A DNA stretch of 64,000 nucleotides from an uncultured delta proteobacterium (GTDB lineage: Bacteria > Desulfobacterota > Binatia > UBA9968): contig CAVSLC010000013.1 in NCBI GenBank assembly GCA_963728565.1, positions 256,001 to 320,000 on the forward strand. The letters run 5' to 3'. The stretch's first letter is position 1; each line of letters begins with the position of its first letter. The notes beneath the pieces are model-generated. The model made no database searches. It had not been told where the DNA came from and saw only the letters and a list, made by a program, of their open reading frames with translations. Both the position numbers and the translations under genes were made by a program. Shown one piece after another: positions 1 through 9,081 of the stretch.

Positions 1-216
1 ATAACCGGGACAATATGCGGGCTGTGAAAATAGGGAGCGGCAAACTTTTCCTCGCCGGCCTCTGAAAGCGTGATACCACCCTGCTTGATAATCGGCAGCA
101 GGGTCGCATCGGACCGGGAAAATAGCCGAACTTCGTAGCCGCGCAAGCGTCAAATCAGCCGCCGCTGCGCACCCGCCATTGCCTGCGCCCAGGACGGCGA
201 TTTTACGAATTGCCAT
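1..216 (-). CDS. NAD/NADP opine (octopine/nopaline) dehydrogenase family, 5' part; runs off the window edge; frameshift near 145
   Basis: Manual translation from ATG at 216: MAIRKIAVLGAGNGGCAAAADLTL, then after a shift RGYEVRLFSRS. GxGxxG Rossmann start typical of opine dehydrogenases. Confidence 0.65.
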   Translation of the reverse strand, partial: MAIRKIAVLGAGNGGCAAAADLTLARLRSSAIFPVRCDPAADYQAGWYHAFRGRRGKVCRSLFSQPAYCPGY

Positions 217-304
217 ACGTCACGAATGTGCTTGAGGCACGAATATTCTAAGAACTTAGACCAGGAAATGTCTAAAATTACTCGAGCTCGTTGGAATCTG
301 CTAA

Positions 305-1462
305 TTAGGACTTGATTCGATAGTGTTCCAGTTTGTCTTCATCCAGTGCGATGCCCAGCCCCGGTTTAGGTGAAACAATGATATCGCCATTGTCGAAAGC
401 GAACGGTTCGCTGATGATGTCGTCCTGGTAATAAATTCCTGCGATCCCTTTTTTCGCTTTCTCCTTGGGCGAAGAAACCGGCACCACACAGCCGTATGTA
501 ACAATCCCGGTCGATGCGGCCAAGTGCAGATTGGCTGCGTTACCGACTCCCGTTTCTACTGATCCGTTTACATTGCAAGGCAATCCCGCGGCTTCAGCAA
601 CGGCGGCAACCTTTTTAGCTTTGAACATTCCGCCCGGCTTGGTTGTGTAAATCGAAATGATATCGGCCGCCTTCTTATGAACAATCTCGAGCACGTCTTG
701 CGCTGTCCAGGCGCTTTCATCGGCCATGATCGGTGTGTTGACGCGGCGCGCAACTTCGGCCATGTGATCGATGCCCTGCACCGGTTGCTCCATGTAGAAG
801 AGATCGTATTCTTCCATCGCTTTGATTATTCTAACCGCCATCTTGACGGTGGGATAACCCTGATTGGCATCGACGCAGATATGCAAATCGGGACCAATGG
901 CTTTTCTGATCTGCTTAACCAGCTCGACGTCCCGCTCATGATCGATGCCGCCTTTGAGCTTGATCGTCTTGACGCCTTCGGCTTTGGCCTGAATCGCTTC
1001 CTCTACGGCCTTGTCGATTTCCATCAGCCCCAGACTGTGCGCGATGCTGACCCGCTCGCGAAAACAACCACCGAGCAGCTGGTACGCAGGAACGTTCAGA
1101 GCTTTGCCGACGACATCGTAAAGCGCGGCATCGATAGCCGCTTTACAATAAGGATATCCTTTGACGGCTTTGTCCATGAGAGCATGGATCGCTTCGAAGC
1201 GGCGCGGATCTTGGTCTTTCAATGCCGGCGCGAGAATATCATTGATGATGTGAATCGTGGTCTGCGGCGTTTCCCCGAAATACCTGCCATAATCACCGCC
1301 CCAATCCTTCAGCACCGGCGCTTCACCGAGCCCGACCAAACCATCGTCGGTGTGCAATTTGATGATCACGTAGACACCAATGGGTGTCGTCAGACTGGCC
1401 CACTGGTGCACCCTGCGCGTCGGCAGGCGAATCGGGATCGTCTCTATAAACGTAATCTTCAT
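305..1462 (-). CDS. Enolase-superfamily enzyme (mandelate racemase/muconate lactonizing subgroup)
   Basis: KLK, VDAN, MEQP and ADES motifs and C-terminal PGLG. Likely start MKITFIET at 1462. Confidence 0.88.
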   Translation of the reverse strand: MKITFIETIPIRLPTRRVHQWASLTTPIGVYVIIKLHTDDGLVGLGEAPVLKDWGGDYGRYFGETPQTTIHIINDILAPALKDQDPRRFEAIHALMDKAVKGYPYCKAAIDAALYDVVGKALNVPAYQLLGGCFRERVSIAHSLGLMEIDKAVEEAIQAKAEGVKTIKLKGGIDHERDVELVKQIRKAIGPDLHICVDANQGYPTVKMAVRIIKAMEEYDLFYMEQPVQGIDHMAEVARRVNTPIMADESAWTAQDVLEIVHKKAADIISIYTTKPGGMFKAKKVAAVAEAAGLPCNVNGSVETGVGNAANLHLAASTGIVTYGCVVPVSSPKEKAKKGIAGIYYQDDIISEPFAFDNGDIIVSPKPGLGIALDEDKLEHYRIKS

Positions 1463-1467
1463 GCTTC

Positions 1468-2580
1468 TCAACCGACTCTTAACAACGTGTCCGCCGGTGT
1501 GTAATCGGATAGCAACTCGCAACCTTTTTCGGAAACGCAAAACATATCCTTGTTTTGCATGCCGAAGCGTCCGGTAATATAAACCAACGGTTCGAAAGCT
1601 CCGACCATTCCGGCTTCGACAATCTCGTCGCCGTAACGGCCCATATAGGGCTCCTCGTGGAGATGCAGGCCGATGCCATGGGCGACGAAGCTGATCGGGT
1701 CGAAACCCAATTCGCTAAACTTCGCCAGGAAGCTTTGGTAAATATCCTTGCAGCGAGCGCCGGGCTTGATCAAATCCATCACCAGATATTTGCATTCAAT
1801 CAAGTTGGCCCAGATTTTCTGCTGCTCGGAAGTTGCCTGCCCGACCACAGCGGTGCGGCACACTCCGGCCAAATAGCCATTCTTCTGGCCGAAGATTTCC
1901 ATGCGAATCAGATCGCCTTTTTGCAGCTTGCGTTCAGTAGGTCCAACGTTGGGGAATTGGCTGCGTTCGCCGGACGCGATGATCATGAGCTTGTAGTTTT
2001 CTGCGCCGCCGGCAAACAGTTCGGTCAGTAGTCGGCCGGCTAGCTCTAGCTCGCTGATACCGGGGTTGGCCCGCACCAAGGTATCGCCAATCGCCTTGTC
2101 CGTCAGCTTACTGAGTGATCTTAGGAGCGAAAGCTCACCGGCTGTTTTTATCTGACGGGCCTTATTAAAGATCGCATCGCCCGCGCTCCAGCGAGCATTA
2201 GGAAGAAGTCTCTGCAGAGTAGCGAAATCTTTAGCCGGTAGATATTCCATTTCGATGGCGAGATTACCTCTAGCGAGATCAAGATCGGTTAACGCCTCCG
2301 CTAGTTTCTCCATCGGATCATCGCTGAACTCGCGATAAATACGCAAATCATCGATGTCCGCGTGCGCTTTGACCGTGCTCGCTTCCATGTCAATGGCGAC
2401 CATGGTTAGCTGCCCATCACAGGTGACTATACAGATCGCGTGACGCCAGCGCATCAACGATTGCGAGGGCACCACAAATCCGGAGACATAGGTTACGTTT
2501 TCGGGAGAGATTGCGATCAGCGCGTCGAGTCCTTGGTTGGCGATGCGCTGCTTAAGGCGAGCGACGATTTCTTGGTCCAT
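1468..2580 (-). CDS. M24 (Xaa-Pro peptidase/creatinase-like) family protein
   Basis: Creatinase-N-like domain, HGIGLHLHEEP and AFEP motifs. Confidence 0.85.
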   Translation of the reverse strand: MDQEIVARLKQRIANQGLDALIAISPENVTYVSGFVVPSQSLMRWRHAICIVTCDGQLTMVAIDMEASTVKAHADIDDLRIYREFSDDPMEKLAEALTDLDLARGNLAIEMEYLPAKDFATLQRLLPNARWSAGDAIFNKARQIKTAGELSLLRSLSKLTDKAIGDTLVRANPGISELELAGRLLTELFAGGAENYKLMIIASGERSQFPNVGPTERKLQKGDLIRMEIFGQKNGYLAGVCRTAVVGQATSEQQKIWANLIECKYLVMDLIKPGARCKDIYQSFLAKFSELGFDPISFVAHGIGLHLHEEPYMGRYGDEIVEAGMVGAFEPLVYITGRFGMQNKDMFCVSEKGCELLSDYTPADTLLRVG

Positions 2581-2797
2581 AAATAGCGCTGTGAATGCTT
2601 CAAGAAACCTGACTAATTAAATGCCATGAATGTCCCGGAGAATAGCTGCTGTGATTTGGACCGTCAAGGAGAGCAGCCGAACGCTCAGCGTTGATTTGAT
2701 ATTCTGGGCTGGCAGAAAAAAGGCTGCACAGCTTTCCACGCGCTATCTTCAAATGCGAGCTATCGACGGTAACTGCGAGCAGCTAGGTTTTAGAGTG

Positions 2798-3916
2798 TTA
2801 GCAAAAGCCGGCAAAATGATCGAAAGAAACTTTTCTGTCCGCCACCGCTGACCCAACGGCCTGGAGATCGGCAATATACTCGATGGAGTCAAGTTGCTGC
2901 ACGTTCTTGGGCTCGACATCCGGAAGTCCGAGACCATCCAGCCCGTGCCGCGTCAACTCGGCATTGTACCGCAGATAGGTAAAAAGCCTTGGTTGGACAG
3001 GGCCTCTCGTGCCGATCATATTGCCGACTTCGCGATCCAGCGGATCTCCGGCCAGGCATTTACCAAATACTCTGCATAGAAAATCCTGCTCGTTCAGCGC
3101 CGCTGCCATTAATGCCGAGGGTATCGAGCTGGCGTTGTAAAGCACGTTCATTTCATCCGGCCGCAGGTCGGCGTTTGCGTCCGGGCTCGTTCCGGTCCCA
3201 ACCGATACAACGAGCAGATTATCTTCGCCCACCGGCCAGTTCAGATTAAACGCTTCCACCGTAGCCATCAGGAAGGCCTGGAACGCCGGGTTGTTGTACA
3301 TCGTGATACCGCCATCGACAAAGATGAATTCCTTCTGTCCGACCCGCACCACTTCGGGCGGAAAATAGGTTGGCGCGGCGGTACTGGCCCGAACCAACTG
3401 CCACAGCGGCAAATTCAGGTTGCAATCCGCGCGCGCGCAATCGTTGTATTTGGCGCGTGGATTATTCGATATCGGCCAAGGTGAATCGGTCGAAGCGTTG
3501 CGCATGACCATCATCAGCAACCCGTCGATCTTTTCACTCCCCAGGGTGGTATCGGCGCCAAACTCCTGGCGCAGCCGGGCAGAGAGTTTTTGATCTTCGA
3601 ATTTATGCCGGTAGTAGCGATTCAGTAATGACGCTTTATCGAACATCTCCCGGCCGTTTTGCAGGTAAAAGTCACGAATACGATCGATGCTCATTCGCCA
3701 GGAGAGACAGGCGGCAATGATCGCGCCGGTGCTGGTGCCGGCAAAAAAATCGAAATAATCCGCCAGCACAAAATCGTTGCCCCGCCCTAAATTGTGTCGC
3801 AGCATATGTTCTATCTTCGCCAGCACTTCCACGGTCAAAATGCCGCGAATGCCGCCGCCGTCCAGCGCTAATATTTTCTTTGGTCCTATGGCTTTGATTT
3901 TATCCGCCAAACTCAT
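2798..3916 (-). CDS. Patatin-like phospholipase
   Basis: DGGGIRG, GTSTG (catalytic Ser) and DGG (catalytic Asp) motifs. Confidence 0.93.
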   Translation of the reverse strand: MSLADKIKAIGPKKILALDGGGIRGILTVEVLAKIEHMLRHNLGRGNDFVLADYFDFFAGTSTGAIIAACLSWRMSIDRIRDFYLQNGREMFDKASLLNRYYRHKFEDQKLSARLRQEFGADTTLGSEKIDGLLMMVMRNASTDSPWPISNNPRAKYNDCARADCNLNLPLWQLVRASTAAPTYFPPEVVRVGQKEFIFVDGGITMYNNPAFQAFLMATVEAFNLNWPVGEDNLLVVSVGTGTSPDANADLRPDEMNVLYNASSIPSALMAAALNEQDFLCRVFGKCLAGDPLDREVGNMIGTRGPVQPRLFTYLRYNAELTRHGLDGLGLPDVEPKNVQQLDSIEYIADLQAVGSAVADRKVSFDHFAGFC

Positions 3917-3929
3917 TGCCGATCTCCCA

Positions 3930-5896
3930 TCACCACAAAGTCGTTGTGTCGATCACATAAACCCTGCCTGAATACTTCTGCACGGTCTCAAACATATGCT
4001 GGGTGCCGCCGGGGCCATCGCCGCCGCTGCGGTTCCAAAGACAAACAAAGCGCACCTTCTCTGGCCCCCATGCCAGCGAAGTGTAAAGCTGCCAAAGGTT
4101 TAGCCGCGCGAACGGGTTTGCTGCCGCGGGTAGCGGTCCTAGCACTTCGGGCATCACCAACGTTGTGGTATTTGGATGAGCTTTAACTTTGAAGTAGCGT
4201 TCCGTCCAGTTGCCCGGAGCGAAGGAGACCGACTTCCGCAAAAACGTCGGCTCGTCCAAGGCTAATCGTAATTCGAGTTTGACTCCGCGCTGAAGGGCAG
4301 CTTCGGCAAACAACAGGTCGCCGCCGCATGCGCCGCCGCAGAGAGCCAGGTCCGCCGCCCCCGCGTCCAACTTTTCCAGGGTAGCCGCTATCGCCGCCGC
4401 GGCGATTTTCTCTTTATCGGCAGGAAATCGCGGCTCGGGCCGGTCCGGAGCATCGATCATATGACCGCTGAATAGCAAAACCTGTCGTGGCGCCCAGGTC
4501 TTATCTGGCGGATTGAGCCGGCTTAACGCGCGATCGAGAACCGCCAGTGCAGCTTCAACTTCCTCCGGACGAAAACCCAAAAGTCCCAGCAGCTCGAGCT
4601 GCTGGCGTGATGAATTGAGTTTGAACCAATCCTTATCAGCTACCGCGACGGCGTTCTTGTATGCCGCATCGACCGCTGGCTTCGTCCCCACCAAAACTTC
4701 CAATTCGGCTAAGCTGATGCGCGCCCAGTAATCTTTGGGATTTCTCTCCAGCGCGCCACGGATCGCCCAGCGCACGCCGCCTTCCATTTCCGTGCGCAGC
4801 ACATCGGCTTTCAGCTCATCGGCCGACAGGTGAGCCAACAAATGCAGCAAGGTCACGGCATTGATTCCTGAGTAGTAGTGCGCCGGATCTTTGCGGAATC
4901 CGGTGGAGTATGCGTTGATCGCTTCGCATAGGGTTGCGCTTTCGCTCTCAGCTTCCCGGCGCATATCGACGACAGAGCTTCCGTCGCTGCTTCCAGCAAT
5001 CCACCCACGCGTCTTTTTCCACGCGCCCGCGCATCGCCCAACTCTCGGCATCTTGAGGGAATTCATCGATCAAATCTTCGATGCACTCTTTGGCATCGTC
5101 ATGCTTTTTTAGCCGGCCGAGTAATAGGCACTTCTGCCGGCGACTCTCTAAATCTCTAGGTCGGATCGCCAGCGCCTCTTCATACTGTGCCAGAGCCAAC
5201 TTGAATTGGCCCACTGAAAGCAGCGCCCGGCCGGCCTTCTGGAGTGCCTCAAGGTGAAAAACGCGAGTAGGCGCCTCGCCGGCTAGAACAAGAATATCGC
5301 CAGGACGATTGCCTCTCCTGGCTATGTCGATCCGGTCCGCCCATCCTTCATATTGTTCCCAAAACTCTTTGGCTTCTTCGACCCGGAGAGACTTCCAATC
5401 AGGCTCGTCCAAATAGCGTAGCAGATGATAGACTGGACTCACCTTGCGTCCATACCAGGCATTGATCGTATGAATAGCGACCTCGGCTAAATTTTTCTTG
5501 TCATCCTCGAGGTACTGCGGATCGGGAATCGCTGCGGCCGGGGTGTTTTTGGCGATTCGGTAACGAACCGAACGTTCAGTAAGAACATCGAAGGGCGTTT
5601 GATCGCGCCGGCAGGTAATCTGAATCACGCCCCGCTTCCTGAGCGCATGGCGCACGCCAAGTTCGTACCAGACGTTGGGATTGTCAATGGACAAGTCGGC
5701 GACCACCAGATCCGCGAGCAGCAGTTCCTGGAACATATCCGTGCGGATATTGCCGGCCCGCATCTCTTCGTCGGCGCGAAATACTTCAAAGCCCGCCGCC
5801 TTCCAAAGCCGGTTTGATCAACTCACGAAATACCGCATTGAAGTCAATATCTTCCTTGATGCCAAAGGGCATCGCGACAAACGCATGGTGCGCCAT
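3930..5896 (-). CDS. Multidomain protein: NDT/deoxyribohydrolase-like N-terminus, TPR/DUF4071 (MAP3K TRAFs-binding-like), SLOG-like C-terminus; frameshifts near 5800 and 4991
   Basis: Joined reading MAHHAFVAMPFG..FRADEE..ADLVVADLSIDNPNVWYELGVRHA, then TPR helices and YSGINA, then LLFSGHMID..GGACGGDLLFAE. About 655 aa. Confidence 0.78.
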
Positions 5897-6332
5897 GTCA
5901 TTTCACCTCATCCGTGTCGGCGATCGTAGTCCAATGTCGGCCGACGCAGTGCTATCATCTTCTCCGCGCCAATCGGTCTCCCCGCCACATTAAAGCAGGC
6001 ATGTTCCGCTGGAAATTCTTCAGTTAAGATAGATACTCTCAACTACGCCGCAAGTATAGCTTTTTTGCCTGAGAAACGCCCGTGAATTCCACCAATATGA
6101 GTCACGTTGAGCTAAGCTCCAATCGCAAGAATGGGAATAAGCGGAAGGAGCCATGATTCTGTGGTCCTTCACACTGAATCGATATGCTTGTGGGCAACGG
6201 GAACATAGATCGGGTTTATCACCTGCCTCGAGAGCTATCCCGTCAAGACTGGCCGCCGAGACAGGATTTTTGCGCTTGGCTTTCTAGCAAAAAATTGCTA
6301 ACTAATTTGGATTCTCAACTTGGAGGGTTAAG

Positions 6333-6506
6333 GTGAATAGGAAAGAGCTGGAAATGCGCATTTGGGGCAAGACGATAGCGTCGGCGAAGAAAAAAGGAAT
6401 TATTTCGGAAGAGGAAGCGCAGTTCCTGCTAGATGAATATCTTAAAGAATTTAAGGTTAAAAATGGATGGGATGGAGTAAGTCATTTCATCCCCAGGGTT
6501 TTCTGA
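6333..6506 (+). CDS. Small hypothetical protein (57 aa)
   Basis: GGAGG RBS at 6322 and GTG start: MNRKELEMRIWGKTIASAKKKGIISEEEAQFLLDEYLKEFKVKNGWDGVSHFIPRVF. Confidence 0.5.
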   Translation: MNRKELEMRIWGKTIASAKKKGIISEEEAQFLLDEYLKEFKVKNGWDGVSHFIPRVF

Positions 6507-6702
6507 GTTCTTTGCCCGCGAAACGGCTAGCTACTATAACGCTTTGGGTTTCTGCCTCTTTTTTCGAATCAAATTAGCTCGTCGTTTTCTGATGGAGCGG
6601 TCGATTCCGGATTAATCTGAGATTCTCTTCGTTTCGGCGATCTCCTTCGGCTGCGCTGTCAGGCCTTCTCGATCGCTGAACCTGTCCGACCACTGGCTTC
6701 TG

Positions 6703-7167
6703 CTATCGATTTTCCCCGGCCCGAGATTGTTGAATCGCCTCGACAATCGCGTCGGCTTCAAGACCCAGTTCCAGGGTCTCGATCAGGTCACTGTAACGAT
6801 CAGGATCTATGATCGCCTTCACTTCCGGCTCGAAGACGTGATACACGCCTAAACCCAATTCGACGCCACCGAGCGGCCCGGCATAGGTCGGATCGCCGCG
6901 GGTCATGGTTTCGAACTGCACGCGCGCCGCATCGACGTTGGGCGCGCCGAGTAGCACGACGAGATCATCCGCACCGTACTCTTCTGCAAGCTGTTTGACT
7001 CGACCTTGAACCTCAAGGTCCACCGCGCCGGCGGCAGTTCAAACAAAGCACTGAGTGGTCGCGTAGACTACCTCGGCACCCAGATTCTCGATAGCCTGTT
7101 CGATGGTATGGGCCGGCACGCCATCGCGTTCGCCGAGAATTGCGATTTTCTTGCCTCGAAGTTCCAT
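6703..7167 (-). CDS. grdA: Glycine/sarcosine/betaine reductase selenoprotein A (154 aa, Sec at codon 43)
   Basis: MELRGKKIAILGERDGVP..TQCFV-TGA(7039-7041)-TAAGAVDLEVQ..GDPTYAGPL. Homology continues across the TGA, in the CxxU motif. Confidence 0.93.
7002..7020 (-). promoter_or_regulatory. Putative SECIS of grdA
   Basis: Perfect 8-bp stem GACCTTGA/TCAAGGTC with GGT loop, starting 18 nt after the UGA. Confidence 0.7.
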
Positions 7168-7208
7168 CAGTTCCCTTTCAATCCGACTTAGCTTGGAAAT
7201 TGATCCTT

Positions 7209-7414
7209 GTTATCCCTGCCGTCCAACATAATCAACATGTCATTTCATTTGTTATCACTGTCGCTCACCTCGCCAACATGCCGATTTCATCTTTATGGCT
7301 GCCGTTCCAATAGCACCGACATGCCGTTTTGGCGGGCTGTCACTGTCGCTCTCATCTCGCCAACATGCCCCATTTCATTTTTTATGGCTGCCGTTCCAAT
7401 AGCACCGACATGCC
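7209..7414. repeat. Degenerate tandem array (~44-bp unit, about 5 copies) duplicating the grdC 3' end
   Basis: 34-bp exact repeat TTTATGGCTGCCGTTCCAATAGCACCGACATGCC at 7292-7325 and 7381-7414, with CAACATG/GACATG recurring about every 44 bp. Confidence 0.85.
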
Positions 7415-8827
7415 ATCGCTGAGCTGGGTCATCTGCCCCAAAAATAAACTGGCTCGGGCAAAAAGAAAACAGCGCTTGAATTGTCCCTGGGTTAGTTCTT
7501 GGACGGCATGCGGCACATAAGCCAGCGCCGAGGCGATATGGCCCTGGGTTGGCGCATAGCCGGGCAATCCCTTTTCTTTCATGAATGCCGCAAGATCGTT
7601 TTTTGCCAGCTTGCCCGCCTTGACCAGGACGGCCCCGAGCATCCGGTAATTTCGCTCCGCAACGTCGCCGCCGTTCGCCGGCAAGGTGATCTCCGGATTG
7701 TGCAATTCGGTGACAAATTTATCGATCGCCGGCACGCCCAGCTCTAGCCGGTTCAGCGGGTCGACAACCAGTGATTTCAGCTGCTGATCCAATGACGCGC
7801 CGGCCGATACCGGATGACGGCCGACGCCGGCCAGATTGATAATCGGGCTTTTGCCGTCATCCCGGCCAACCCAGACCGCAACTGCCGCCTGCATGTCTTC
7901 CAACACCGGAATGTTTTTTTCAAGATGGTAGAGAAACTTCATGCCGAGCTTGGGCAGAGACGATCCACCGACAACAATGATATTTTCCGCGACACCGCTT
8001 TGCACGAGCGCGGCGGCGGTGACCATCGCCGGAATCGGCGCGGCGCAAAAATCTTTAACATCGAAACCGGAAGCCATCTCACAACCGGAAAACTCGGCGA
8101 TCGCTTTGGCTAAATTGCCGCCGCCGCGCTGATAACGGTCGCCGACGGCCTCTTCCGAACAGCCCAATACAAAATCGACCTCTTGCTTCTTCAGGCCCGG
8201 GTTTCCGGCAAAGATTTCCTCAAGCGACAAAGCCGCCGAGACCTTGCCGCAGAGATTCTCCAACAACACCGTCGCAGATAGCGACTCATCTTCGTGATGC
8301 CCGTTGGCGATCCAGCCCACCGGTTCGAGCTCACTGCCAATAAACAGCTGCAGGCCGTCACCTTGAGCGATGATCGACTTCAGCTTGTTTGAGTCCATAA
8401 GATTCGGAGCAGTCGTTGCAAGCGATCTGCAAACGGTCGATTGCTGCAGAGGCGCGGCAATCTCATCCCAGAAACGGTCGAGCAAGGCAACATGTTTGAA
8501 CGGATCCGCCAGCGCGAGCAGAGCGAGAAAGAGTTTTTCGTCGACGATGCTGCCGAAGGTTTTTCGCTCCTCGGTGAGTATCGCATGCTCTCCGAACCAC
8601 GGTCGGCTGACTAACCATAGTTTCTCAGGCGCTTGTTGACCGATGAAAACCTCATTGGGCAAGTAGCCCTGCGCTTGCTGAAAGGACCTAAGACTTCGGT
8701 TCAAGTCCGCGAGACGCGCCGGATTGGCGGCAATTTCCCGTTGCGGTTTTGACCCATACCGTGTCAGACCCGGGGTATGGATCAGGACGCTGCAGGCTGC
8801 TTTTATCACAGGTGAAAAATTCGACAT
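7382..8827 (-). CDS. grdC: Glycine reductase complex component C, FabH-like subunit
   Basis: CSEEAVGDRYQRGGGNLAKAIAE, FCAAP, ELHNPEIT and GYAPTQGHI motifs. Confidence 0.92.
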   Translation of the reverse strand: MSNFSPVIKAACSVLIHTPGLTRYGSKPQREIAANPARLADLNRSLRSFQQAQGYLPNEVFIGQQAPEKLWLVSRPWFGEHAILTEERKTFGSIVDEKLFLALLALADPFKHVALLDRFWDEIAAPLQQSTVCRSLATTAPNLMDSNKLKSIIAQGDGLQLFIGSELEPVGWIANGHHEDESLSATVLLENLCGKVSAALSLEEIFAGNPGLKKQEVDFVLGCSEEAVGDRYQRGGGNLAKAIAEFSGCEMASGFDVKDFCAAPIPAMVTAAALVQSGVAENIIVVGGSSLPKLGMKFLYHLEKNIPVLEDMQAAVAVWVGRDDGKSPIINLAGVGRHPVSAGASLDQQLKSLVVDPLNRLELGVPAIDKFVTELHNPEITLPANGGDVAERNYRMLGAVLVKAGKLAKNDLAAFMKEKGLPGYAPTQGHIASALAYVPHAVQELTQGQFKRCFLFARASLFLGQMTQLSDGMSVLLERQP

Positions 8828-8954
8828 AGCTGCTCTTCAGGATGTATAAAGTATGAGGCTGCCGATCAAGAGGCGAGCCCGCAGAAGAACGTTAAGAGAC
8901 GAAGATCGCTCTCACGATTGTTCCGGGCTAACAGCCTGGTGAAAAATGGGTCTT

Positions 8955-9081
8955 GCAAGCTGCTCAAAAAGACCTCAGAGGTAAGGCGCGCGAAGTCCGA
9001 TGAGCTGAGGCGTACGTTTCAGTACGTCGAAGCGAGTCGCGCGAGCGCAACGACACCTATGAGTCATTTTCAGCAGCTTGC
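8955..9081. repeat. ~127-bp palindromic MITE/REP-like element, copy 1
   Basis: Terminal arms GCAAGCTGCTCAAAAAGAC / GTCATTTTCAGCAGCTTGC. Abuts the grdE TAG stop. Confidence 0.85.

Noticed and set aside
677-1504. Long antisense ORFs (also 59170-59979, 42594-43298, 18950-19687)
   Set aside because: They shadow well-supported genes on the opposite strand and have no recognisable motifs.
2798-3916. CBASS system
   Set aside because: No CD-NTase or cap2/cap3 genes are nearby.
7209-7414. CRISPR array
   Set aside because: Units are degenerate, the intervening segments are themselves repeated, and there are no cas genes.
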